A stretch of DNA of 58,882 nt, counting the filler, from Circinaria calcarea (Eukaryota): assembly GCA_051942165.1 (NCBI GenBank). It is 3 parts of 3 records of this genome, joined end to end, with 100 filler letters (N's around TTAATTAATTAA, not from the genome) between each part and the next. Parts side by side here need not be neighbours in the genome. Positions count along the whole stretch, not along the records: positions 1 to 19,593 come from JAVECS010000201.1; positions 19,694 to 39,262 come from JAVECS010000202.1; 1 more part is not named here. One strand, written 5' to 3'. Below, in pieces: positions 10,571 through 23,338 of this stretch. Under the pieces are notes generated by a model, which ran no database searches, had not been told where the DNA came from, and worked only from the letters and a program-made list of their open reading frames with translations. How positions within the stretch are numbered: the first letter of the stretch is position 1; each line of letters starts with the position of its first letter. A program made the translations under genes and the position numbers.

Positions 10571-13249
10571 GACCCTTGCTTTTAGCTTTAGGAATGGTTT
10601 CCGTACTTTGTTATCTCTTCTGCTTCTGGTGTGTGTGAGGCATGACCTCGAAGTGACTGGGTAACCTCGACTGATTCCAGTACTGTGCCGTGTGGGTTTG
10701 CGGTGCTTAGATGACTCCGCCGACGCAGATACTGTATCCTGCGAGGTCAGGCCAGAGGTAATACTTGCCCAATAAGCAACATCGTCGACTTAACACTTAA
10801 CCAAGTTGCTTCAGTATAAATAAAAGATTATATGGCTGCTAAACAGCTTTATTTTTGGTTATAATGGTACACTCCACCAGACAGGCGTCCTGGGGAGGGA
10901 ACGACATCCCTGGCGTATAAGATACGCTAGGGAGAGCATTGGAAGGCCCATAATAATATCTTGTCCCTAGACGACGAAACAGCCGACATGGCCATAGATC
11001 TGACTTCCACAGAGCCAGAATTAACACCTGCTCAACAAGCTGCAATCGTCGACTTGATACTCCACGGGACAGGCATCTTAGGAAACGGCACCCGGAACGT
11101 CGACCCACGGTTGTTAATCAGTAAAGGGTTAATATACCAGAATTTAGAAACGAACCAATATTACCACCATAAGGTGAGTTGACTGAGTTCAGTTAGATTG
11201 GAATCAGTCGGCGGCCCAATATTGATATTGAAATTGAATACAGAGTTTTTATAAAGATACTACGCATTGCTCGCGATGCTTTTCAACAGATGTATAGTGG
11301 CTTCATCCTCCTTAGGAAAAAAATTATTTTATATTTAGCAAGAGATGTGCTCTGTTAGTTAAAAAATTTACGGGGAGAGGATTTTGAAAGGGTTGTATCC
11401 ACGGGAAGATCTCGAAAACATATCGATAGAAGGTTTTAGTTAAAGGCCAGGTGTGCGGGAAGCGGTCCGTTTCGAAGATTTTTTTCAACACCCGATGCCT
11501 CGCGGTGGGGAATGGTGCACCGACTCCACGAGACAGTCGGGACCGTAAATAATCGCTTTGTTATAGGGCACAGCAAAAACAGCAAGCTATAGTTATCGTC
11601 TCAACGAAAATGATAACACGCGGTACAGCAAGGTTTTTTTTTCGGGAGCTTAATTAGGACCAGTATATTTCGTCGAGGGCGTTGATAAGAATAGCGTTAA
11701 ATATAAAATCTTCGCTGCCGACCATGCTTCATTTAAAAGGTTGGAGAAATATATCCATGAGGGTCAGAGCTACTTCGATTGAAGACCGGGATTACCCCTA
11801 TTTAATGGACAGGGTTCAATCGAAAGCCTTAGATAAATATTTTGGTGTCAGCGATGAAACTGAATCTCGCCAGCAGGCCTTTGAACACTCTACTCTAGAA
11901 GGAAGGAGCTTGCTTTAGCACATTAACCAAGGGAAAGGCATATCTTCACAGAAAAAGAACTATAAGAGAAAATGCAATAAGGTAGGATGATAGGAGGTGG
12001 TCAGAATAGAATGTCAGGAAAAGAAATCAAGATGAGAAGTTAATGAGTTCAGAATAAGAAGCCAGAATTGCATAGCAAGTCAAGGGGGAATTTATAGAGA
12101 TGCCAAATCCGGTATCTCCGGTTTACCCTCACAGACAGGTAAGAACCTGCAACCAGAGCACGGCTTGAATAGTAAATATTATAAAGTTATTCAAATAGAG
12201 GAGCGTCTGCTAATATATATGATCTAGGTATAATATCCGTTAATATTGCAACATACAATTACCTTCTCCACTTATCCGCCATGGCCGCCGGCGCTTATTC
12301 GCTCGCCCTACCCCGTTCCACAACCACATGTGCCAAATTAAGAAGCCTACCAAAACGCCCCACGCCCTATTCCGTACCTATTTTCAGGTTCAATTTCCGG
12401 CCAATTTCCATGCCAATTCCCCAGCATATTCCCCAGCATATTTCCCAGGCCCATGCCAGCACCACATACAATCACGTTCGTGATTAACTACAGCGCGCTC
12501 TGCTGCACGCTCTGCTGCGTGCTTTACTGGCATGCCAAGAAGCAAAAAAAAGCCCATTAATTATGATTAGCGGAAATGTACAAATTCATACCTCGATAAG
12601 TTGGAATATAAAATTTATACCCTATTATACACATTTATACTCCACCACTCAAAATGATCAGAGGACGTTCATTCTTCATCCGACCGGCAAAGCCAGCAAT
12701 GGTTTCGCGTCGCTGGCAGGAGGCGAGGGCGCTAGGAGAAAACAGCCTCGTTGACGGTTGAATAATAGGATAACTCCTCCTTTAGATCTTCATCCGCCAC
12801 CTCATCGTCAAAGTCTTATCTAGTAGCATTGAGCTAAGTTATAAATCCTTATTACGAGCAGCTGGTGTGTCGTAGGCAATAAGCTTATGGTACAGGTTTA
12901 GTCGACAAGCTTCTCCAGATTCTTTATTGCCAATTTGGACACAAGGGGCAAGTCGTCGAATACGGGCATTCAAATCAGCTATGTCGACCGACACCGTCGA
13001 TGAAGGGAAGAAGCCTGGATTGTTGCAACGGCAGTGGAGTTATCTGGAGTACCGCCATGACTGAGTCTGTGATCTGCGTGGTTATAGAAGTAAGGGAACA
13101 TATGAGAAAGCTTCGGGGCTATACAAAGTTGTTCCTATATTCATTACACAGTGAAGCGCTTGGGAGGGCACAGAGAGGAAGAGGCACTCGAGAATGTCAA
13201 CTTGTGAGGTATAGGCACACTGGGAGGTGCAAGAGCTTACACTTGGAAT

Positions 13250-13372
13250 GTAGGCACTTGAGAGGTGTAGGCACTTGGGAGATGTAGGCACTTGGGAGGT
13301 GTAGGCACTTGGGAGGTGTAGGCGCTTGGGAGGTGTAGGCACTTGGGAGGCGTAGGCACTTGGGGGTGTAGG
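13250..13372 (+). repeat. 17-bp minisatellite (GTAGGCACTTGGGAGGT) x ~7
   Basis: Directly visible tandem units; more degenerate units upstream to ~13200. Confidence 0.9.
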
Positions 13373-13639
13373 CTTGTGGGGCTTAAACGCTTAGGCTTGA
13401 GAGGGTAGCCATATTTGGTCCAGGGAGCCAGAACAGAAGAGAGCCAACATGGGAGAGATTAGTTCAAGTAACCAGTTCTTAGAAGCAGTCATGATATTCG
13501 GAATAATGAACATCAATCACTTCGCTCTGGCCTTGAACAGAATATGAATTAGTGGAAACCGAAAAGCCTGTCTTTGCAACCGTTTATCCACTCCATAACC
13601 AAATAGCTTGAGGCGGGGCACCCACCCACTTCCTATCCA

Positions 13640-14283
13640 ATGCCGGTTACACAGGAAAGAGTGCTTAAGAAACGCAAGATTATCGAAGACGAAGAGATTA
13701 TAAACACGCAGCCTCACCTGCTGAGCTTCCCTTCACTCAATTCTGTATATTCCCCAGCCAGTCTACGCTGCAATATTACTCTGGCGGAGTTGATGAGAGC
13801 ATCGGAATCGATTTTTAATCAAGTTAATTGGTCGGAGGTGGTGTTAGATGCAGTTACGCAGGAGAAGTCCGTTGTATATCGAAACGCGTTCGAGAAGATC
13901 CTTCGGACCTAGATTACAGAACTGCTGAAATAAAAAAGAATGCTCCGAAAAGAAGCATATCAAAAGTGGCCAAAATGGGAAATATAAACGCCATCATTAC
14001 AAGAAATGGCAATGACAGGAATTAAAGAGTGGTGCCTGAACGTGAAGCTGAACATTTCAAAAATATCTTTATCGGTGACTATAAGAGTTTCAAAGGGTAT
14101 GAGGATGAGGATGTCGATGTCGATGATGATAATAACGATGAGGAGGAGTTTCTGCATAATTCGAGCCGTGAAATAAAACACTTGCTCGGGAGCCCTCCTC
14201 TTCCGACGATTAATCAAAACCGACTTCTAACCAGTAATACCATTATACGACTATTTCCGATAGAGGAACATGGGATCCGGTAA
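13640..14283 (+). pseudogene. Decayed hypothetical gene (basic KKRK N-terminus, acidic tail)
   Basis: MPVTQERVLKKRK.. ORF ends at TAG but protein-like sequence continues; acidic EDEDVDVDDDNNDEEE block downstream. Confidence 0.35.
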
Positions 14284-14329
14284 GTTAAACAGCGATTATA
14301 TCAGGACATAAAATAAGAGGAAGCTTAGC

Positions 14330-15181
14330 GACGACCCCCCCTAGACCCGGGGAAACAACGAGACTCAACGACGTCCATTAACACCTTTGGCTTGCTGGTT
14401 TTCCAAATGCTGCTCGGCCTTTGCACAGACAAAAGCTTATTGGCCGCAGTATCTTAATCACCAAAGACCCAGACGAGCATCTCGTCTAGTTCGAAGCTCA
14501 GATCTTCATCAAGCCGTTGCCTGGCTTCCTTCTCGACTACGGCTATCGGAATGACAATCTATGCTCAGATCCAGAGTTACATAAGTCTGCGTGTGGATTT
14601 TTCCTTTCCTATGCATGGCTCGTGCGCTATGAAGGCGATCTCCGCCGAAGAATCTGGGCTGGTGTCAAACAACATCGGATGGCCTAACTGGGTTAAATTT
14701 ATGGAAGGTTTTCTCGACAAATCAATTTCGAGACTTTGAGCGACGTCAACAGGTGATACGAGTATGGAGAATTACGATTAAGTCGGCTCAATACCATCTA
14801 CAGACTCATCCTACCTGCGTATTCCCTCAAGAAATTATCCGGGGATATAGAAGCGGATCAACCTGGTATAATGCATTTTTCGAGCGTCTTGGCAAGTAGG
14901 GGCTAGCTGTATTTGCCATTCTCTCTGTTTTCCTGTCGGCGCTACAGGTTAGCCTTGCAATGTTTTCGCTGCAAGGCAATAAACCATTTCAGAAGATATT
15001 ATATGGATTTGCTATAGCCTCGTTTATTGCTGTTATAGCAAGTGTGATTTTGGTCATTTTGTATGGCTGGGTCTGTTCTGGTATTACTTGCTATCCACTT
15101 GGCGGAATAATAAAGCGACCACAGGAAATGTACCGGCGTATCCTATCCACAATGGGGCTCGCACGTTCGAATGTAGATTAA
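14330..15181 (+). pseudogene. DUF6601-family membrane protein pseudogene
   Basis: RLNDVH*HLWLAG..ARPLHRQKLIGRSILITKDPDEHLV*FEAQIFIKPLP..SACGFFLSYAWLV..YEYGELRLSRLNTIYR plus C-terminal hydrophobic segments; stops and frameshifts. Confidence 0.75.
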
Positions 15182-15669
15182 GGAAACGGCAGACAGCTTG
15201 GGGGGTTTCGCTACCATAATTTTGTTATGTAACTGTGGATCGGAATAATAAAAGGTCCGGAGTTTTAAGCCTAATTACTCTGTACCTTAAGGTAGTCAAT
15301 ATCACACTCCAAATATATCCTACTGTAAAATTCATCCATTTCACCCCCCTCATCATTCAATAAACATGCCACGCCCTTCCGTGTTTTTGAGGCGCCTTTG
15401 CGGTATAACCAGCTTCAGTGTTGATCCAATAATAGACGTGATGTGCCCCGCTTTATATGGGGCTACTGGCGCCGTATTTAGCGAGGGCGGTATCCATCTC
15501 TCGTTCCCTTATGTAATTGCTCGAACCTGCGGGGCAGCAAATGTGCAACCTTGTTGAAGACCGCCCATGCTCTTCTTCATAATGCAACCGACCCTCTCCC
15601 TCCCTGCTATCTATCCACCGTACAAGGACGCCGGTGCAGCCGCGCTCGATTATGAGCCCTTAAATAGGG

Positions 15670-18600
15670 ATGGCCACGAAAAAGGCCCCGTTTTCCGCGT
15701 CACCGGCCTCCCAGCCCCGCAGCCTGACGACGAGCTGAACATAACGCTGAAGGCTACCATCAACGACAACCCGTCGGAGGAAGTAAAGTCGAAGCTAACT
15801 GTCAACACGGCTATTGTGCCCTCCTGCTACGACAATGAGCAGGAAAGGGTTGCGCTGGTGGAGTTTCGCGGCGGGGTTCCCGAGTTCCTGTCCGAGCTCG
15901 AGGAAAACCCGCTAGGAGACTGGCAGGTCGAGATGGGCGGCATGGACACCAGCTTCGACTGTCACTCTTCGGGCTCACACAGTTGTATACGCCGAAGCCA
16001 GACGCGCCAGTTACCACAGAGTGCGTTGCATTTCTTTGCTGGCGTAACCTGCTTCCGCTGTTCCCGCGTGTTGCCTTCTAGCTTCTAACCTACCGCGCCG
16101 CAGTATAATCGCCATCACCGAACTCGACGGACACGCATATGGCTCATGGAGGGGAAAGGGGAAACCTCGGGCGCATGTGGCTACGCGACTTCGTGGTCAA
16201 GGACCTGCTGTGTTGCCGCACGACGGTCTATGGCTACAACTCGAAGCTGTCAAGCCATGGGGTCGACACAATCATGGACTATGGCCGGAAGCTGATAGAG
16301 GAGCTCAAGAAGGTTTGGAACACAGAGGAGGTAAGCGCTGTTATGAGGTGCTGTTACGAGAGCGTAAGCATGAGGCTGACGGCTGCAACAACAGCTAACA
16401 AGACAGCGGCATAGTGTCTTGTTAAGGCGGTTCAGACAAACGAAGACGATCATCCAACGATAGCAACCCTCCACATACGGCATGCTTCTATTTGGGATCC
16501 CGCACAAGGGGCTAGTGGTGGATGATATCCAAAAGATGCTAGCTGGGCAGAACAATCAGCCGCGAGGTGCACTACTTCAGCATATCAGATCTAAGTCTGA
16601 CTTGCTGGCGTTTCACCTAGCAGATTTCAGAAACCTCATCCAAGACCGGAAGATGGTAAGCTTCTACGAGATGGGGCAGACTAGGTAGCTTAAGTTTGTA
16701 TGTCCTCCAGTATTAGACTATATAGGAGACCGCTGTTGTTTTTCTGCAATACGACCGCGAAAGCAGAAGCTGGAGAAGGGTTGGCGACTTCATCATAGCA
16801 GTGGATTCCAACTCGGCTCTTCTCCAGCTGCCGGATGCCATGGAGGAAAAGATCCATCTAGGCCCCGATCACTCGAAGATTGTCAAGTTTGATAATAGGA
16901 ATAATCGAGGGTACACCAGTGCGCGAGATAAGCTTAGATAGTTTGAGCAGGATGCTCCGGGTGTGGTCGCGGCTCGGTTTTGTACGTAGCCTTCTATTCT
17001 ATGCTACATCACATAAAGATTAGTCATTATTCAACCGTCCTTGTGCTTGCTTCTAGCTAATAATCGCCGAGTTCTAGTGCGAGCACAAAACAGACCCAAG
17101 CCTTGTTCCACGGTCCCCTTCCAGAGAGATAGCTTGTTCGTGGGCCGAGAGGGCATTCTTGCAACGATACGTAAGAAGTTTGAACAACCAGCCTCGCATG
17201 ACTACGGCCGAGTGGCCCTTATCGGTCTAGGAGGCGTAAGGTAAGCATTTATATACATTGTCCTGCGCGAAGTTATGCTCATGCTCGTACTAGGAAGTTC
17301 CAGATCGCTATCGAGTATACGTACAGAGTTAGAGAGTCTGCTTCGCAAGCCTGGGTGTTTTGGGTGCATGCCAGCAGTGCTACCCGATTCGAACAAGCCA
17401 ATATAGATATTGCCGCCAAGGTCGAACTTCCCGGCCGCGATGACCCAAAGGCTGATATCCTCCGACTCTTGTATAACTGGCTTTGCGATGGGAGAAACGG
17501 CCGATGGCTTATGGCAATCGATAATGCCGACGACGATGACGTTTTCTTTGCCGCCGACCAAGATAGCGCCGGCATTGCGCAGAAGAGCGCCATCCCCAGC
17601 CGCTTGAAAGCTTCATCCCTCAAACGCCGAACGGAACGATTCTCATCACCTCGAGGAACAGGATTGTGGCATGTAATCTCGTTGGGCCGCACGGCAGCAT
17701 CGTCCAGGCGGAGCCGATGGGTGAAGAGGACGCGCTAGCGCTGCTCAAGACCAGAGTACCATTTAGCGAGTCAAGTAAAGCGGATGCGAAGGCGCTTATC
17801 CAGGCTCTAGAACGCATACCTTTTACAATTACCCACGCCGCGGCGTACATCAAGACAAGAGCACCCACGATAACCATGTTGAACTACCTCAGCTGTTCCG
17901 CGAGAGCGAGGCCAATCAGGTGCGTCTCCTGGGCAAGGAAGGTCTAAAAGACATTCGGCGAGACCACAGCATAAGGCATGCAGTTATCGCGACGTGGCAG
18001 ATCTCGTTCACCCAGATCCAGAAAACGGAGCAGCCAGCTACAAATTTGCTTGCGTTGATGAGCATGTTCGATAGACAGGGGATTCTGATAGCTCAGCTAC
18101 GAAACAGCACCAGTCAACTCGACTTTGACGACGCTCTGGCGCCGTTGCTAAGCTTCTCCCTTATGCGGGCCGAGATCGGAAAGGAGTCATTTGAGATGCA
18201 CCGTCTAGTGCAGCTATCAATGAGAAAGTGGCTCGAGGCGTACAAGTAGCTAAGCAAATGGACAAAGGAGTCGATACGGGTGCTAACCGCGGCATTCCCC
18301 AGCGGAGACTATAAGACATGGGCAGACTGCGAAGTACTCCTCTCCCATGCAAGAGAATGTATTGGCCACGGAACAGAAGATGAGGCGGACCTGATAAATC
18401 AGGCACAGGTTACTTTGAGCTTAGGATGGTACTTACTCCTTAGAGGGGGGTGCAAAACGGCGGAGAACGTTAGTCGAATATCAGTCGAAGCAAGAGAGAA
18501 AGTACTTGGGCCGGAGCACCCACACACGCTCACCAGCGTCAACCACCTTGGGTCGGTTTTGTCGAGGCAGGGCAAGTACGAAGAGGCGGAAGCGATGCAC

Positions 18601-18971
18601 CGGTGAGCTCAGGAAGGGTACGAGAAAGTACTCGGGGGTAGAGCACCCAGACACGCTCACCAGCATAGCCAACCTGGCCTCGACATTTTGGAACCAAGGG
18701 CGGTGGAGGGAGGCCGAAGAGCTGGAGGCACAGTTGATGGAGATAAGAAAAGAGAATGCTTGGGAAGGAGCATCCAGACACGCTGACCAGCGTGGCCAAC
18801 TTGACTTTCACATGGAAGTCGCAAGGCCGTTGCAGAGAAGCTTTAACATTAATGGAAGAATGTCTGACGCTACAGGAGCAGAAATTATGCTCTGACCGTG
18901 CAGACACAATCTCTTCAAAGGCAGCTTTTAATGAGTGGCGGATGCAAAAATTGGATATTAGGTTCTGCTAG
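15670..18971 (+). pseudogene. Fungal NLR-like gene (SesB-like alpha/beta hydrolase, NB-ARC, TPR/kinesin-light-chain repeats), pseudogenised
   Basis: LDGHAYGSW..MWLRD..YGYNS, LFGIPHKGL, VSFYE, DHSKIVKF; VPFQRDSLFVGRE, VALIGLGGV.K.QIAIEY, VFWVHAS, WLMAIDNADD, ILITSRN, MHRLVQ; (L)G.EHP.TLTS repeats x3; several frameshifts and in-frame stops. Confidence 0.9.
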
Positions 18972-19139
18972 CTTTAGGCCATTTAAGTTGTTTAGAGCAT
19001 TCATTACCGTTTGCCCAAATAAACCCACGATAAAGCGAGAATATCATTAGGTGCCTTTTTCTGATTGGCTAAAATTATCAGCTCGCCTTTCCCGTTCCAT
19101 TTATTGTTACTACCCACTGTACCAAAACTTAAAGAGGAT

Positions 19140-19526
19140 ATTGACGATGCAGTTCAGAGGAGAATCTCATGGCGTTGCATTACGAGCCCTCGGGGTCCAG
19201 TACGAGAAAGAAAATATGGGAAAGCTTCTTGAAGAAGGCTGTGGCAGCCACGTGCGGAGCGAAATACACACCCACTGATCTCGACTGGCTATTGAAGAAA
19301 GAAGTTAACGGCCGACAGGTTCATTGGTGAATCACTATGTGTACAGCTTTACTGACTGATCCTCGATCTAGATCAAGAACATGGTGACTACTGCTTATGC
19401 TCTCGCTGTGAGCGAGGAGAAGCCATTACCGCACTCGCACTTGGAAGTCGTCATCGGCCTGATAAGGAATTTCAGAAAGACTTCAACGGTGCCGGCCAGA
19501 TCGTGAACCAAATGTTCTATATGTAG
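19140..19526 (+). pseudogene. AAA+ ATPase C-terminal (lid) fragment
   Basis: DDAVQRRI..LHYE..RKKIWESFL..EVNGRQ|intron|IKNMVTTAYALA..HLEVV..; frameshifted, no Walker motifs upstream. Confidence 0.7.
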
Positions 19527-19593
19527 TCTGAGAATGCTATCTAGATAAAAGGACTCTAATAATCTCCTCAAACACCAGTGTTCTCAATACCCC

Positions 19594-19693
19594 NNNNNNN
19601 NNNNNNNNNNNNNNNNNNNNNNNNNNNNNNNNNNNNNTTAATTAATTAANNNNNNNNNNNNNNNNNNNNNNNNNNNNNNNNNNNNNNNNNNNN
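19594..19693. other. Artificial contig-joining spacer (44N + TTAATTAATTAA + 44N)
   Basis: Exactly 100 nt with a six-frame stop 12-mer at 19638-19649; identical to the spacer at 39263-39362. Confidence 0.98.
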
Positions 19694-20129
19694 GGGGAGG
19701 TGAGGGGGCTTGCGAAATTGAGATCACATGATGAGATATGCGGGGAGTAGAAAAAGGAGGGTCGGAATAGCTCGGGGATGTTTTTTTTTTTGGTGGGCAA
19801 CAAAACAATGAATATGGCACGGTTTCACCAAATAAAATTTCCTGTCTACTCCTTCAATGAACAAAAATTTGGGACCCTACTATCTACACTCATTCCCTCG
19901 GGAAAGCAGGAAACCAACCAAACCCCCCTTGAAAAATGAACCTAGTACATGGACAAATCGTTGTATCCATCCTCCTCCCTCCTCCCTGCTTTCCCATTTT
20001 CCCCTTCCCCCCCGGTCCTTGATCGAAGAACCCAGCAAACAAACAACCAACCAACCATACTTCCCCTTCTCCCCCCCCTTTCGTCTCTATCTTCTCTTTT
20101 TTTCCTCCTCTCCCTCGGTTCGTCGAGGC

Positions 20130-20161
<32 letters not shown>
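20130..20161 (+). repeat. (GA)n microsatellite
   Basis: AGAGAGACAGAGAGAG... tract downstream of DOM34. Confidence 0.9.
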
Positions 20162-20321
20162 GAAGAAAGGGGGTTAGGAGGTAATAAGTCAAGGCAGAGA
20201 GCAGAGAGCGGTAGTAGGTGGGGAGGGGGAATATGTATCGACAATGGCGTATATCACGGGGAAAAAAGAGAAAACCAAAAAAAAAACGCGGTATGGGTGT
20301 AACAATCATGTGGACAAAATT

Positions 20322-21710
20322 TCATATTCCAATTCCATTCGCTTCTTCTCCATCAATCTTCCCTAACCCTTGTCCTCCTCTTTCCTTTCCCTTTCCCTCT
20401 CCTTCTTCCCTTTCCTCCCCTTCCTCTCCTCCGTCATCCTCGTCCAGATCCTCGAGCGGAAACGTCAATATGGCCGCTATCCCGCCCAACCCCTCCAACC
20501 GCTTTCCGCTCTCATGCTCGCTGCTCAGCACTCTCACCTCGCCTCCCTCTTCCTCCCTGACCCGGTCCACCAGACGTACCCAGCGCCTCCGGATCGCCAC
20601 ATCCTGCGCGCGGAACAGAGCATTCGAAATCAGGAGAACCCCTCCCCCCTGCCCCACCGCTCCCTTGTCCACCGCACGCTCGATTTCCCTTGGCCCGTAC
20701 CACGCCCGCCCGTCGTCCTTGCGGAGCAGCGTGAGGAAATCATCCATCAGCTTCGTCTCTCGCGCGTACTTGGTGTCTTTGAGTCGGGCGAGGACTTCGG
20801 GTGACTGTAGAACTTCGTTGAGGGCGTGCAGGTGGCCGGAAGAGGCGTGCACGACAAGGAAATTTGGTTTTTGGGCGAGGAGGGCCTTGTTGCCGGTGCG
20901 GGTAGCGGTGTCGAGGATGTAGGCAAGGAAGGCGGAGGCGGTGAAGCCGGGGCTGGCGAGTAGAATCGGGAGGGATTGGGAGATATCGATTTGGCGGAGG
21001 AGGGTTTCGAGGGTGGTGTGGAAGAATTTCTCGAGGCCCTGGAGGGTGCCTTTGAGTCAGTGGTTTCATTATTTGCGCTTCTTTTCGTGATGGGGGCCGG
21101 TTTCCTTACCTTGTCGTGCCCACTTCCCCCTGTTCTCTTCCGAGGCACCTGCACCTCGACCCTCTGCCTTAGCACCGTCCTCTCCCCCGTCAGTATAGCG
21201 ATATTCGCCAATCCTTCCTGCATCACACACGCCCACGCTCCGGTTCCTTTCTTAACATCACACGCGGCTCTGACGACCTCCCTACTGATACTATCCCAAC
21301 CCTCGGCCTTTTCCAACGTAAAGTTTCTTTGTAGCTCCAGATCAAGGGTATGGTATTGGCCATTTTTCGTATATTGATTTTCTTCGGCGATTTGACCAGA
21401 TACGTGTAGTTGGGATGCAAGTGGGTCGAAGCTTGTGGATCGAACGCGGATAAGGAGGGTGGTGTGTATTCGGGTTGAGGATGTGGAGCCGGTGGCGGAG
21501 GTTGTTGTGATTCGGCGTATGGCAGAGGCGCGGAGGAGGTCCGTGGGGGAAATGAGGTTATAGGCGTGCCACTAGAGGGAATTAGTTAGTATATAAATAG
21601 GGAAAAGGGGAATTAATGAGCGTTGGAGGTACCATGTCTTCGGGGTCTTCGGGGTAGAGGGTTATAGTGCCGGAGCCATCACGCTCGATGTTCTGCTTGA
21701 TAAGTCGCAT
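20322..21710 (-). CDS. DOM34: Pelota/Dom34 ribosome-rescue factor, 3 exons (21710-21633, 21571-21110, 21038-20322)
   Basis: MRLIKQNIERDGSG..PEDPEDMWHAYNLI..GQYHTLDLE..WDS..MQEGLA..PRKR..ASPGF..AWYG..LLISNALFR..SSEHESGKRLEGLGGIAAILTFP; canonical introns. Confidence 0.95.
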
Positions 21711-21986
21711 CTTGGTATTTGAAAGTACATTGATAAAGATTGAATCACTTGGAGTGAGATGTTATATGTCTAATAATTAAGATGCAACAAGAAATGTACG
21801 GTTGGATAGAAAGCACTTCTGCTTATCGATTAGGGATAGGATATGCTTAGGGTTAATGACGTCCAAAGAGAACTTCATGCTCCAGTTTTCTGTTACGTAT
21901 TGATAGCAACCCTCATAGACTATAAGAGTTCCTAAGAGTCGCCTCTTTTCACTGTCAATTTCGACTCCTCATACATAGCACTCACA

Positions 21987-23338
21987 ATGACCAAGCTAGA
22001 CATTAACTCCAAGTATCGTATGCTTTCCGGCCATGAAATCCCTGTTTTGGGTTTCGGGGTATGTTTCATGACATTTTCTCACCTTGCATGTTGCTATCGA
22101 CTTGAATACTTACTGCGTCAATACCTTTGATGTGTCTGTCATTCTTAGCCCGTCAAGTGCCCGTGTTTTGATTTATTAATCAGTTAACAAGAAAGGATAC
22201 TAAATCCTGCTCAATGGACAGGTCTACCAAACGTACGTCCCCCAACCAACCAACAGAAACCCCAAGCACTATATCTAATCAACCATCGGGCCCGCACATC
22301 AAGCAGAAGAAGTGGTCCTCCACGCCTTCAAGACCGGCTACCGTCATGTTCGTTGCCCCTTCTCTCCATATCTAAACCAATCGCAATTCCTAACATAACT
22401 CCTTTTTCCAGGTCGATTCGGCCCGCATGTATCGTAATGAAGGTCCCTGCGCAGCTGCGATGAAGAAATCCGGTCTGCCGCGTTCAGACCTCTTCTTCAC
22501 CACCAAAGTCTACACCAAGGACATGGGTTATGACAAAACCAAAGAATCGATCGCCGCCAGCCTCAAGGAAACCGGACTCGATTATATTGACCTGTACGTA
22601 CCACCGATTACCCTCAGCTTCACTCCTCTGTACCCATTCCCAACTGTAAACATGCCCCCATCAAAAGCAAGGCAAAATTAACCTAACCCACCACCAAAGT
22701 TACCTTATCCACGCCCCCTACGGCGGACGGGACGCCCGTCTCGGCTCCTGGCGTGCCCTCGTCGAAGCCCAATCCGCCGGCCAAATCCGTTCCATTGGCG
22801 TCTCCAACTACGGCATCCATCACCTCGAAGAATTACAATCCTACATCGCCGTCCTCGAAGCCGAGCACGGCAAAGGCAAAGGCGGGCAAATCAGCGTCGG
22901 GCAGTGGGAACTGCATCCCTGGCTCGAAAGAAAAGAAATTGCCGCGTGGTGCCGGGAAAAGGGCGTGGTGTGCGAAGCCTACAGTCCCGTGGTGCAGGGG
23001 ACGCGGTTCGAAGAAAAAGTGCTGCAGCCGCTGGTCAAGAAGTACGGAAAGACGCCGGCGCAGGTCTTGCTGAGATGGAGTTTGCAAAAGGTAAGAGAGA
23101 GAATCTTTTCTTTAAAAAAGATTGGGGGAGTCTTTCCGATACTTTTATTTTCCGCCGAAGCACTGACACGGTTTGGAAACGATAGGGATTCGTCCCGCTC
23201 CCGAAATCGGTCACGCCGTCACGAATCGAAGAAAACACTCAGGTTTTCGACTTTGCACTTTCGCCGGAAGAGATGAAGTCGTTGGAAACGGGCGATTATG
23301 CCCCTGTGTGTTGGGATCCGACCACGAGCAAGGATTGA
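21987..23338 (+). CDS. Aldo-keto reductase, multi-exon with an 11-nt microexon (22222-22232)
   Basis: [91 protein letters not shown]; intron 2 acceptor reads CGG rather than CAG. Confidence 0.9.

Noticed and set aside
13250..13372. CRISPR-like array
   Set aside because: No unique spacers, eukaryotic context and no cas genes; the same applies to the 21-bp and 67-bp repeats
19638..19649. TTAATTAATTAA as a biological palindrome or PacI site
   Set aside because: Centred in N-runs and repeated identically at 39307-39318; an artificial linker
20218..20922. 234-aa plus-strand Ser/Pro-rich ORF and similar ORFs opposite real genes (28051-28653, 29834-30298)
   Set aside because: Antisense shadows of DOM34, the 367-aa gene and the dehydratase
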